Shown here in pieces: positions 1-8,243 of a stretch of 64,000 bases of DNA. Positions within the stretch are counted from its first letter, which is position 1; the number at the start of each line of letters is the position of its first letter. The translations under genes were made by a program, and so were the position numbers. The notes below the pieces were generated by a model. The model had not been told where the DNA came from and did no database searches. It saw nothing but the letters and a program-made list of their open reading frames with translations. Source of the DNA: Candidatus Freyarchaeum deiterrae (lineage in GTDB: Archaea; Asgardarchaeota; Jordiarchaeia; Jordiarchaeales; Jordiarchaeaceae); NCBI GenBank assembly GCA_037305845.1, contig CP147778.1, positions 1,920,001 to 1,984,000 on the forward strand, read 5' to 3'.

Positions 1-26
1 ACACGCATAATAAGAGGAAAGATGCC

Positions 27-677
27 ATGAGTATTGACCTAAATGAAAGCAAGGAGAGGATGGTCCTAGAAATAATACAAGACCACATAAGAAAAATACT
101 ATCCGCAGTAAAAGAACTAGCCCCCTTCCTAGAAGCATGGCTAAACGAGAACGAAAACGAAATGGATGAACTACTATCAAAAATCTCACAATCAGAAAAA
201 GAAGCCGACGAAATAAAACTAACACTACTAGACGAACTCTCCGTAGCGGCAACACTAATCCAGAGAGAAGACATGATGCGACTAGTCCTAACAGCAGACG
301 AAATCGCCGACTACGCTGAAGGAACAGCCTTCAGACTAAAAGGACTAAAAAACTGGAAACCCGAAGGCTACCTAACCGAAGACCTAAGAAACCTCGTGAA
401 CACCATGATAAACGCCGTAGAAACTCTCCGAGAATCCATATTCACCATAGTAGAAGACGCGCAAAGAGCCCAGAAAGTCGCCGAAGAAGTCGACAAAATA
501 GAAAGATTTATGGATCAAATCCACAGAGCCACCGAACAATCCCTATTCGAACTAGATATAGATTATAAAACACTAATACGCCTACTAAACATAGTGACCA
601 GTCTGGAAGATGCAGTGGACACCGCAGGAAAGGCTGCGGATGCAGTACGCATAATCGCCGTAGCAAGACTAGGCTAG
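27..677 (+). CDS. DUF47 / PhoU-like (TIGR00153) helical-bundle protein
   Basis: Two repeats of the E..AD / D...D.AE motif (EKEADEIK, REDMMRLVLTADEIADYAE; ERFMD, LEDAVDTA). Confidence 0.85.
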   Translation: MSIDLNESKERMVLEIIQDHIRKILSAVKELAPFLEAWLNENENEMDELLSKISQSEKEADEIKLTLLDELSVAATLIQREDMMRLVLTADEIADYAEGTAFRLKGLKNWKPEGYLTEDLRNLVNTMINAVETLRESIFTIVEDAQRAQKVAEEVDKIERFMDQIHRATEQSLFELDIDYKTLIRLLNIVTSLEDAVDTAGKAADAVRIIAVARLG

Positions 678-678
678 A

Positions 679-1314
679 TTGGATAGATTAGACAAAAACA
701 CGCAAGCAAACAAAAAAAACGAGGATGAGTTAGTGGAAACCACAGAAGAAACTCCAACTCCGAGAAAAAAAAGAGCGGAACTAATACCCGGAAACAGAGT
801 AATCGTATGGAACCCAGAAGAAGGTTCCCAACTCTACGCCGAAAAATTCTACGGGCAGCCCCTAGGCATAAGAAAACCAAAATCTCCCCAATTCACACGC
901 CCACTTGAACTATCCCTACAGGAAGCTCTATACCTACTTGAAAAAGAAAAAATCGAACTCACAGATGCCGCAGATGGCCACGCAGTAACCAGAGACGAAC
1001 TGGAAAAAAGGGCAGAACAAAACTACATAGACTTCAAAACAAAATATACCGTATATAGAGACCTTCGAGAAAGAGGAAAAATAGTCAGACCAGGACTCAA
1101 ATTCGGAGCAGACTTCTCAATCTACGAACACGGACCGGGAATAGACCACGCCCCACTTATAGTGTCAGTAGTACCCCAAGGCACCCAACTCAGCGCAATA
1201 GAAACAGTAAGAGCAGGACGACTCGCAACAAGCGTCAGAAAAAAATTCGTAGTTGCAACAGTAGGACCGACAGGAGAACCAAGATACTACATGTTCGCAT
1301 GGCATAAACCCTAA
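679..1314 (+). CDS. endA: tRNA-intron (splicing) endonuclease, catalytic subunit
   Basis: LSLQEALYL, VYRDLRERG, GLKFGADFSIY..GPGIDHA, VRKK (Tyr/His/Lys catalytic triad). Confidence 0.95.
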   Translation: MDRLDKNTQANKKNEDELVETTEETPTPRKKRAELIPGNRVIVWNPEEGSQLYAEKFYGQPLGIRKPKSPQFTRPLELSLQEALYLLEKEKIELTDAADGHAVTRDELEKRAEQNYIDFKTKYTVYRDLRERGKIVRPGLKFGADFSIYEHGPGIDHAPLIVSVVPQGTQLSAIETVRAGRLATSVRKKFVVATVGPTGEPRYYMFAWHKP

Positions 1315-1543
1315 ACAAATACATAATTAACTGATAACGAAAATTTTAAAATGTTTTTAAATTAAGCCAGCCTGATACATACTCAAAACCAGAACTTTTT
1401 AAACACCAAAAGCCCACAAGAGGCATTCAAGCAAAGCAGTCCTGAACTATTTTTTTCCGAAATATTTCTCCACTCTTTTATCCCAAAAATATCAAATAAC
1501 CTAAATCACTTTTTATCATAATTGATATAATAACCGAATTCTC

Positions 1544-1558
1544 CGAAAAAATTTTATA
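1544..1558 (+). promoter_or_regulatory. BRE + TATA box for the tRNA-His gene
   Basis: CGAAAAAA-TTTTATA about 35 nt upstream of the mature tRNA 5' end. Confidence 0.6.
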
Positions 1559-1593
1559 CCCTACATACACGATGTTTTACTCAACAAAAACGT

Positions 1594-1790
1594 GGCCCAA
1601 GTGGGGTAGACACAGTGTGCAATCACACTCTGCCCATTGGTTATCCTAGGGGACTGTGGTTATCTTGAAGCTACTGCTCAACGATAATAGTCATCCCTTG
1701 ACCCGGGCTCGTTAGCCGCTTTGGCTTCGTTTGGGAATTCAATTTGAGGATGATGCTTCGGCAGTTCTCATGAAACTCCCGGCTTGGGCC
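1594..1790 (+). tRNA. trnH: tRNA-His(GUG) with four introns (1610-1637, 1660-1692, 1708-1737, 1744-1776); genomic G-1 at 1594; CCA not encoded
   Basis: Joining exons 1595-1609, 1638-1659, 1693-1707, 1738-1743 and 1777-1790 gives GCCCAAG TG GGGT AGTGGTTA TCCT A GGGGA CTGTGGA TCCCT TGAC CCGGG TTCAATT CCCGG CTTGGGC C, a 72-nt canonical archaeal tRNA-His cloverleaf; each junction lies in a BHB or relaxed-BHB motif. Confidence 0.92.
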
Positions 1791-1994
1791 CTCAATTTCT
1801 TTTTGGTTAGGCGTTCAGTTTGTTTTTATTGGTTAATTACGGGGGCATTTTAGCTGTAGTTTTTATTGTGAATTTGTTAGGAGAAGAGGTTTTGATGGGT
1901 AAATTTTTGACTGCAGAGATAAAAGGATATTTATAGCGAATTTGTTCATGTTTTATTCAATTTGATTAAACTCAAAGGCGTTTGAGAGGTTTGA

Positions 1995-2762
1995 ATGTTG
2001 CCGTTTTTACTTGTTAGAGATAAGGAGACTTATTATGAGTCGGTGGGTAGGGGTTCGCCGCTGGTTTTTATTCATGGTTCTATGAATAGTCACGTTTCTT
2101 GGGATTCTCAGAAGCCTCTTTCCAAAAAGAACCGTTTAATTTTGTTGGATTTGCCTGGACACGGGAAATCCGACCCACTTGATGAGGATATCTCCGTGGA
2201 GCTTTTAGCGGATTATGTAGCAGAGTTCTTCGGTGGCTTGAATCTTGAGAAAATTGTTGCTGTAGGTCATTCCTTGGGAGGCGCCATTTGTATTCAGCTG
2301 GCTTTAAATTATCCTGAACTTTTGAAAGCGTTGGTTTTGGTAGGTACGGGTGCCAAGTTAGGTGTACTTCCTGACATCCTTAAGGCTTTGAAAACTAATT
2401 TCAAGCAGAGTGTAGAGATGACTATTAGTGGAATGGCTTTTGCTGAGAAGACTGACCCAGAAATTGTTGAGAGGGCGAAGAAAGAGTGTTTGAAGTGTAG
2501 ACCAGAAGTTGCTTACTCGGATTTTGCCGCTTGTAACATCTTTGATGTTAGAGGAAAAATTTCGGAGATTAGTTTTCCAACATTGATTATCGTTGGTATT
2601 GAGGATAAATTAACTCCGGTAAAATGGTCTCTGTATTTGAATGAGAAGATTTCGCATTCCTCACTTAAAATAATTGAGAGCGCTGGTCATTTGGTTATGA
2701 TGGAACAACCGGAAGAACTTAACCAATCTATCCAAGATTTTCTGAGAGCTTTGCAGTACTAG
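1995..2762 (+). CDS. Alpha/beta hydrolase
   Basis: FIHG, DLPGHG, GHSLGG nucleophile elbow, Asp (EDK), His (AGH). Confidence 0.92.
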   Translation: MLPFLLVRDKETYYESVGRGSPLVFIHGSMNSHVSWDSQKPLSKKNRLILLDLPGHGKSDPLDEDISVELLADYVAEFFGGLNLEKIVAVGHSLGGAICIQLALNYPELLKALVLVGTGAKLGVLPDILKALKTNFKQSVEMTISGMAFAEKTDPEIVERAKKECLKCRPEVAYSDFAACNIFDVRGKISEISFPTLIIVGIEDKLTPVKWSLYLNEKISHSSLKIIESAGHLVMMEQPEELNQSIQDFLRALQY

Positions 2763-2890
2763 TTTATTTTACCATATTTTTTCTACTTTTTATAATTCTT
2801 ACATCCTCATCTATTGATATAACTTCCATAAATAAAAAAAGGGTCAGCGGCTTAGTTTAAATAGAAGAATTCGGAAAAGAAGGAGTAACA

Positions 2891-3454
2891 TTGGCTTCAG
2901 ATCTGCGAGATTTCTATAAAAAGGCGGTAAGTGATTTTTTTGGGATGATGACGTCTGAAGATTTTAGTTCAGAGTTTAACACCTTTTTTCAGGAAGCAGA
3001 AAAGAGTATGCACCTTCTTATAAATTCAGCTCCCGATGTAAGCATTCTTAACGAAATTTTGGAGGACGCGTACTCTCTAGCAGAAAGAGTTGCCGTAATG
3101 AATCCTTCGATTGAGAAGAAATTGAAACACATCAAAGATAAACATGAAGAACTGATAAACAATGCCGTAAATAAAACCTTAATTCAAAGCGAGGAAAAAA
3201 GACTTGACAAAAAGGCTACAACTGAAGATTTAGTATGCCCAGGGTGCAATAAGCCGGTGTCTAGAGATGCAGAGTTTTGCCCTTACTGCGGAACAGAGTT
3301 GGTTAGATGCATGGTTTGTAACTCAGTTATCGGCTTAAACCAAGAACTTATAATATGTCCAAAATGTGGGGGATCAGCGCACTTGAGCTGCATATCAAAA
3401 GATAATGAAAAATGTCCTAAATGCGGAAACCCACTTAATGAGTACAAAATATAA
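2891..3454 (+). CDS. Zinc-ribbon + C4HC3 RING/PHD-like protein
   Basis: CPGC..CPYC ribbon followed by CMVC-x11-CPKC-x4-H-x2-C-x7-CPKC. Confidence 0.75.
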   Translation: MASDLRDFYKKAVSDFFGMMTSEDFSSEFNTFFQEAEKSMHLLINSAPDVSILNEILEDAYSLAERVAVMNPSIEKKLKHIKDKHEELINNAVNKTLIQSEEKRLDKKATTEDLVCPGCNKPVSRDAEFCPYCGTELVRCMVCNSVIGLNQELIICPKCGGSAHLSCISKDNEKCPKCGNPLNEYKI

Positions 3455-3582
3455 TCACTCGACAATTCTCCAAAAATTTTCTTTCTCATCAATTAATCAT
3501 ATTACTAAATTAATACTTAGCAACTTTTTTAAATTAAGACCCCTATGAATTGCTAGACTATTTCCAAGGAAGTTTAAGCGCT

Positions 3583-3735
3583 ATGCAGAACGGCTATGTT
3601 AACCTTAACTGTTGTGATGAATGCTTCATGATTGAAACCTGCTATGACCACGAGGCATGTTGTTCCCTTTGTGAATTTTATGTGACAGGAGAATGTGCTT
3701 TAGCCGAAGAACTCCTATGGGTGGAACTTGAGTAA
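3583..3735 (+). CDS. Small Cys-rich acidic peptide (about 50 aa)
   Basis: ATG at 3583; CCxxC-x5-C and CCxxC-x7-C repeated motif; 8 Cys. Confidence 0.5.
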   Translation: MQNGYVNLNCCDECFMIETCYDHEACCSLCEFYVTGECALAEELLWVELE

Positions 3736-3999
3736 ATTCTCTCCAATCTCTAAAAAAAAGAGACATTTAAAATTTACATCTTTTGTATCAAACTGTAGCT
3801 TCTAGGTCTTCAGGCTAATTTCTATAAAATAGAAAAAATTGGTATCTAAATACAGATGTCAAACTCCCGCAATTTGCAACCTAGTCTGCTTCTTATTCAT
3901 TACCGACTACAGCTACGTGAAATAATTTATCTATTTTTCAACTAACGAGGATTAGTGTAGTGTTGTAAAACTACTTTTTAGTATGTTTCATCTAGTTCT

Positions 4000-4677
4000 C
4001 TATATCCTTTCTTCCTGAGTTTTTTTCCCCTCTTTGGTGCCTGGGACCTTAATCATATCTTCCAATCCCAGAGCTCTGAGTGCTTCAAAAATGGCTCCCT
4101 TCTCATCACCCGAAATTTCTTCTTGGGTTTCTTGCTGGGATGACGCTTGAATTTCAGAACCTCGAGGTCTAGCAGCAACTTCTGATGTTGCGGCAGGCCT
4201 TTGCGGTCGAACAGCGGTAGTTGCAGTAACCGGTTTCGGTTGCGGTGTTGGCATAGTTGTTGCTGCAGGTATTCTAGGTGCAGGTGGAACTTCGGGTGTA
4301 ACTCCTAATATCTCTGAAATCAATTTAGCATATCTTCGCAGAACACCTAGGTGAAGGCCTAGTTGTGTGGTATCCTTACTGGCGGCTACCAACATGTGAT
4401 TCGGACCAGCTCTAGTAAGTAAAATATGCCCAAAGTCTCCCCTAATGATTATGTCCGACAAATTTCCATAATTTAACTGCATGGAAGCCATCTCACCAGT
4501 ACTAATCATAGCCGCTGAGGCAGCGGACAGCATGTCCGCATCAACTGAAGCTGAAGCTGAACTGGCAATCCTTACTCCGTCACGAGTTATTACAGCGAGT
4601 CCTTCAAGTTTTGTGGTATCCTCTATTTTTTGTAGCATTATTCTGATTTTTTCAGATTTTTGTTCACTAATGGTCAT
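4000..4677 (-). CDS. Roadblock/LC7 domain protein with Pro/Thr-rich tail
   Basis: EGLAVITRDG.RIAS, SAASAAMIS.GE, IIIRG..GHILLT.AG, LGLHL; low-complexity C-terminal half. Confidence 0.88.
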   Translation of the reverse strand: MTISEQKSEKIRIMLQKIEDTTKLEGLAVITRDGVRIASSASASVDADMLSAASAAMISTGEMASMQLNYGNLSDIIIRGDFGHILLTRAGPNHMLVAASKDTTQLGLHLGVLRRYAKLISEILGVTPEVPPAPRIPAATTMPTPQPKPVTATTAVRPQRPAATSEVAARPRGSEIQASSQQETQEEISGDEKGAIFEALRALGLEDMIKVPGTKEGKKTQEERI

Positions 4678-5079
4678 TTTTCTGCACCATGAATTGTAAT
4701 TCGCTATTTAACTTATTTGAGTGTAAGGTATTAAATATTCTTTTTGCAATATGCAATTAGCTATTTATATTATTTATTTATAATCATATTGAATTCATTT
4801 TTATTAACTTCTTTTGAAAAAATAGGTCTTGAGAGGAGACTCACCCCTTTCTACACAAAATATACAAAGCAAAAGCCGAGCCAAGCAACCAAACCGCAAC
4901 TCCAATCTGAGGCTCTACGCTTGCAATCAGAGAAGTTTAAAGATCCTGTCAAACAATTTTTGTTGATTAGTTTCGGTTGGGTGTCCCCCCTTTTCATTTG
5001 TGTTTTTAAAAGTATATTTTTTGTGGGGTTTAAATACTCAAAATAGTAAAGAAAAATAAACGACTAGGAATGGTTTAAA

Positions 5080-6189
5080 ATGATAAACCCAAAAGCAGAT
5101 GCAATATTTGACCCTCTGTATATACCACCAAAACTTTACCACCGCGAAAAAGAACTCAATGAACTTCTAAAATTGATTACCGATAATGAAACAAGTAATC
5201 TTCTACTTTATGGGCCTTCTGGATTAGGAAAAACATTGCTCGCTAGATATGCTTTGGTGACATTTTCCCAAAGCATGGGGAATGAAGTCACCCCTATTTT
5301 TGTTAACTTTTCCTATAAGAGCTTAGGAGAAATAATGTATCAGGTTAATGCATCCATATGTGATAATAAAGTATTATACTCGATTCCGATAAACGCTTCC
5401 GTAACAGAATTGTGGAACACATTCCGTAGGTTGAGAAGGGGAATAGAAAACAAAGTAGTAATTATAATGGACGACGTTGATGAGAATAATCGTAATATTC
5501 ACAAAAAATTTCTCCAGGAATCTAAGGAACTCGGAATAACAACAATTGCTACAGCTAAAACAGGTTATGCTAGGCAAATTAGAAAAGAACAGGAATTCCG
5601 CTCACAACTAGATTCCAGTATTTTCTTGGATTTATACTCGGAAAATGAGCTGATGGATATAACCTATCAGCGGGTGACGATAGCCTTTCCCTCATTTATA
5701 CGTCCATCTATAATACGCTTTCTGACTGACATCGTTTTGGAATTCGATATTGGAAAACCGAGCACAATTATTGAGATATTAAAAAGAATATATCCAGTTT
5801 CTGTGGGGGGCGCAGATATACTGCCTATTCATATCCAAGAAGCGAGTTCAAATATTTTCACCGTACAGGATGAAGTTACCATTATTGACTCCCTCACTCA
5901 GACAAGCTTAATGACACATCTGCTTTTTCAAAAAATTGCGCGGGTCTTTCAAAAGTATCTTTATGAGCCTTACATATCCCTTAACGAAATAAAAAAAGAG
6001 TATAATTTGCTTTACGAGGAATTAAAAGTGGATATCAACCTGGATGAGTTAATAGAATCTATAGACGATTTGCTTAGAACTGGATTAATATACCAATCAC
6101 ATTTCGATGCAGATTTATTTTATATAATAGTTCCTCCCAAAAAAATAACCGAGATATTGGATTTAACCCTTGACGGAAAATACGATTAA
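5080..6189 (+). CDS. Divergent Cdc6/Orc1-like AAA+ protein
   Basis: FDP.YIPPKL.HRE.E N-terminus, Walker A GPSGLGKT, Walker B IIMDDVD, Y..NEL.DI...R, C-terminal winged-helix-like region. Confidence 0.8.
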   Translation: MINPKADAIFDPLYIPPKLYHREKELNELLKLITDNETSNLLLYGPSGLGKTLLARYALVTFSQSMGNEVTPIFVNFSYKSLGEIMYQVNASICDNKVLYSIPINASVTELWNTFRRLRRGIENKVVIIMDDVDENNRNIHKKFLQESKELGITTIATAKTGYARQIRKEQEFRSQLDSSIFLDLYSENELMDITYQRVTIAFPSFIRPSIIRFLTDIVLEFDIGKPSTIIEILKRIYPVSVGGADILPIHIQEASSNIFTVQDEVTIIDSLTQTSLMTHLLFQKIARVFQKYLYEPYISLNEIKKEYNLLYEELKVDINLDELIESIDDLLRTGLIYQSHFDADLFYIIVPPKKITEILDLTLDGKYD

Positions 6190-6260
6190 ACATCTTCCAT
6201 CTTTTTAAAAGATTACTGAATTCCTTATTATTTGGTTAAAGCTGAAAATTATGCCCGGCT

Positions 6261-7187
6261 TCAAGTAACCACTTGATACTTATTGTCCTTCTTTTCTAGT
6301 AAACCGTAATCCACCAGTAAATCTAGGCTTTTTTGGGTAACATCGTTCAGAGAATTTGTTGCGCCTCCACGGAGATATCTGACAATATCGAATAGAGTAA
6401 AACTTGTAACGCCTTTCTCCCTTGAGAGGTCAATTATTAGTTCATATAACTGCATAGACTGAATATCAAGAAGGGCTAATTTTAAAGGAAGTTTTTCAAT
6501 TTTATCCGAAACGTTTTGACCCTTTATTGAAAGGATAGGAATTATATTGTAGGTTCGAATTTCCTTTAATATCTCTTTGAATTCCTCAAGCTTACTAGAA
6601 TAATCGGGTAGATTCAGATCGATATAGTACTCCAGAATAATTGTGCTAACCTGATCCTTTGTAAAAAGTTCCATAATCTGATCAAAGTATCTTTTCCATT
6701 CCTTAATGATAATACCTAAGCGTTTGTCCGGTTTTAGATTTGAAATTTCTTTACCTAATATGGATTCCAGTCTTTCTACCTTTAGTGTCGATTCCTCTAA
6801 TTCATGAAAATTAGAAGCATTATTTAGAAGAATAGCCGCCGAGAGAGTTTTGAAGTCACTCAAAAACTCGCGTAGGGAAGTATAAGAGCGAAATTTGTTA
6901 AAACCTTGTTTCTGATTTTCCTGTGCTAAATTGTATATATGAGGCATAAGCGACCCAATGACCTCTGTAAAACCTCTGTAAAGCATTCGCTTATCAAAAA
7001 ATCTATCAAAATTATCCATCCGAATCCGCATTTTCTTGCCCATCAGGTGAACGTCCCACGAAAACTTGAATGGTATAATTCCACCATTTTTCTCCCCCCG
7101 GAGTTCTTCCACACACTTATCAATCTTAACTTCCGTTTCATTTTTAAGGGCTGTGCATGAACAGGGGAAAGCAACTCCATCGAACAA
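6261..7187 (-). CDS. Hypothetical protein, possible C-terminal winged helix
   Basis: 308-aa ORF with GGAGGG SD; C-terminal LDLLVDYGLLEK..NKY pattern. Confidence 0.65.
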   Translation of the reverse strand: MFDGVAFPCSCTALKNETEVKIDKCVEELRGEKNGGIIPFKFSWDVHLMGKKMRIRMDNFDRFFDKRMLYRGFTEVIGSLMPHIYNLAQENQKQGFNKFRSYTSLREFLSDFKTLSAAILLNNASNFHELEESTLKVERLESILGKEISNLKPDKRLGIIIKEWKRYFDQIMELFTKDQVSTIILEYYIDLNLPDYSSKLEEFKEILKEIRTYNIIPILSIKGQNVSDKIEKLPLKLALLDIQSMQLYELIIDLSREKGVTSFTLFDIVRYLRGGATNSLNDVTQKSLDLLVDYGLLEKKDNKYQVVT

Positions 7188-7457
7188 GTGAAACCCTCCA
7201 AAAAGGAAAGACTCCTAAATCAAAAAATTCCAAACAAGTATATAAAACTCACTACCAACTTTTAAAACAAAACATATTAACTTGTTATATAAATTTAAAA
7301 AAAAGAAAAGTTTCACTAAATTGAATCTACTTATAAATATAAATAAATTACACATAAAACGCTTTGCCTCCCAACTCCACAGGCTTAAAAAGTCTTAATA
7401 TTAAAAAAGATAAAATATTATTACACGGTACTCAATTGTAATCGAGGCGGAGTTTAA

Positions 7458-8096
7458 ATGTCACTATCCGAGAGCCAAAAAAAAGTTTTAGAACGACTCA
7501 ATAACCAAGTCCAAGAACTAAGCGACAAGCTAAGGAATAAGGAAGAAAAAATAGAAGAAAAAGAGCATAAAATAAATGAACTTCAAGAGAAGATAAACGA
7601 AGAAAACCAAGTAAAACAAGATTTAAAATCAAAAATAGAAGAAAAAACACGAACCCTAGAGGAAAAAGATAAAGAATTAGATGAACTGAAAATCAAAATT
7701 CAAGAACTAGAAGCCCAAAACAAGGAGTTAGCAGCAAAAATCGAGAGTCTAAGCGAACAGAACCAGAAGAGAATAGAAGAACTGAAAATTAAGGAAGGAA
7801 GATCAAGAAGTCTTGAAGAAGTAATATCCGAAAACGAAGTGAGAATAAAGGAATTGGAAACAGAACTAAATCACTTTGAGGAGAGAGAAAAAAGGACAAG
7901 AGAAATTTTTGAAAAAGACCCAAAATACAAAATCTTCTTCATTCTAAGAGACTCTGGCGGTAGAAGCTTCGAAGAACTAAGTAAAACACTCGGAATCACA
8001 ATGGTTCAGCTTAAAACATATGCATCAGAGCTAAAATCTAACGGCTTGGTTAATATAAAGGCGGAAAAGCTAGAAGTAGCCGAGGATTTTAGGTAA
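7458..8096 (+). CDS. Coiled-coil protein with C-terminal winged HTH
   Basis: About 145 aa of E/K-rich heptads, then SFEELSKTLGIT...ELKSNGLV. Confidence 0.75.
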   Translation: MSLSESQKKVLERLNNQVQELSDKLRNKEEKIEEKEHKINELQEKINEENQVKQDLKSKIEEKTRTLEEKDKELDELKIKIQELEAQNKELAAKIESLSEQNQKRIEELKIKEGRSRSLEEVISENEVRIKELETELNHFEEREKRTREIFEKDPKYKIFFILRDSGGRSFEELSKTLGITMVQLKTYASELKSNGLVNIKAEKLEVAEDFR

Positions 8097-8243
8097 AAAT
8101 ACACAAGAGGTATATCACCTAAATCCAAGTCCCTAAAATTTGAATTTATTCCTTAGTCACCCTGATTAAACAGTTTTTTGAGTAAATTTGAAATTTAAAA
8201 AAGATTTGGGTTTGTTGAGCTGGACTTGTCATATATTGAATAG

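Noticed and set aside
4744-5046. 100-aa ORF upstream of the cdc6-like gene
   Set aside because: Low-complexity translation of AT-rich divergent promoter DNA; no SD or motif.
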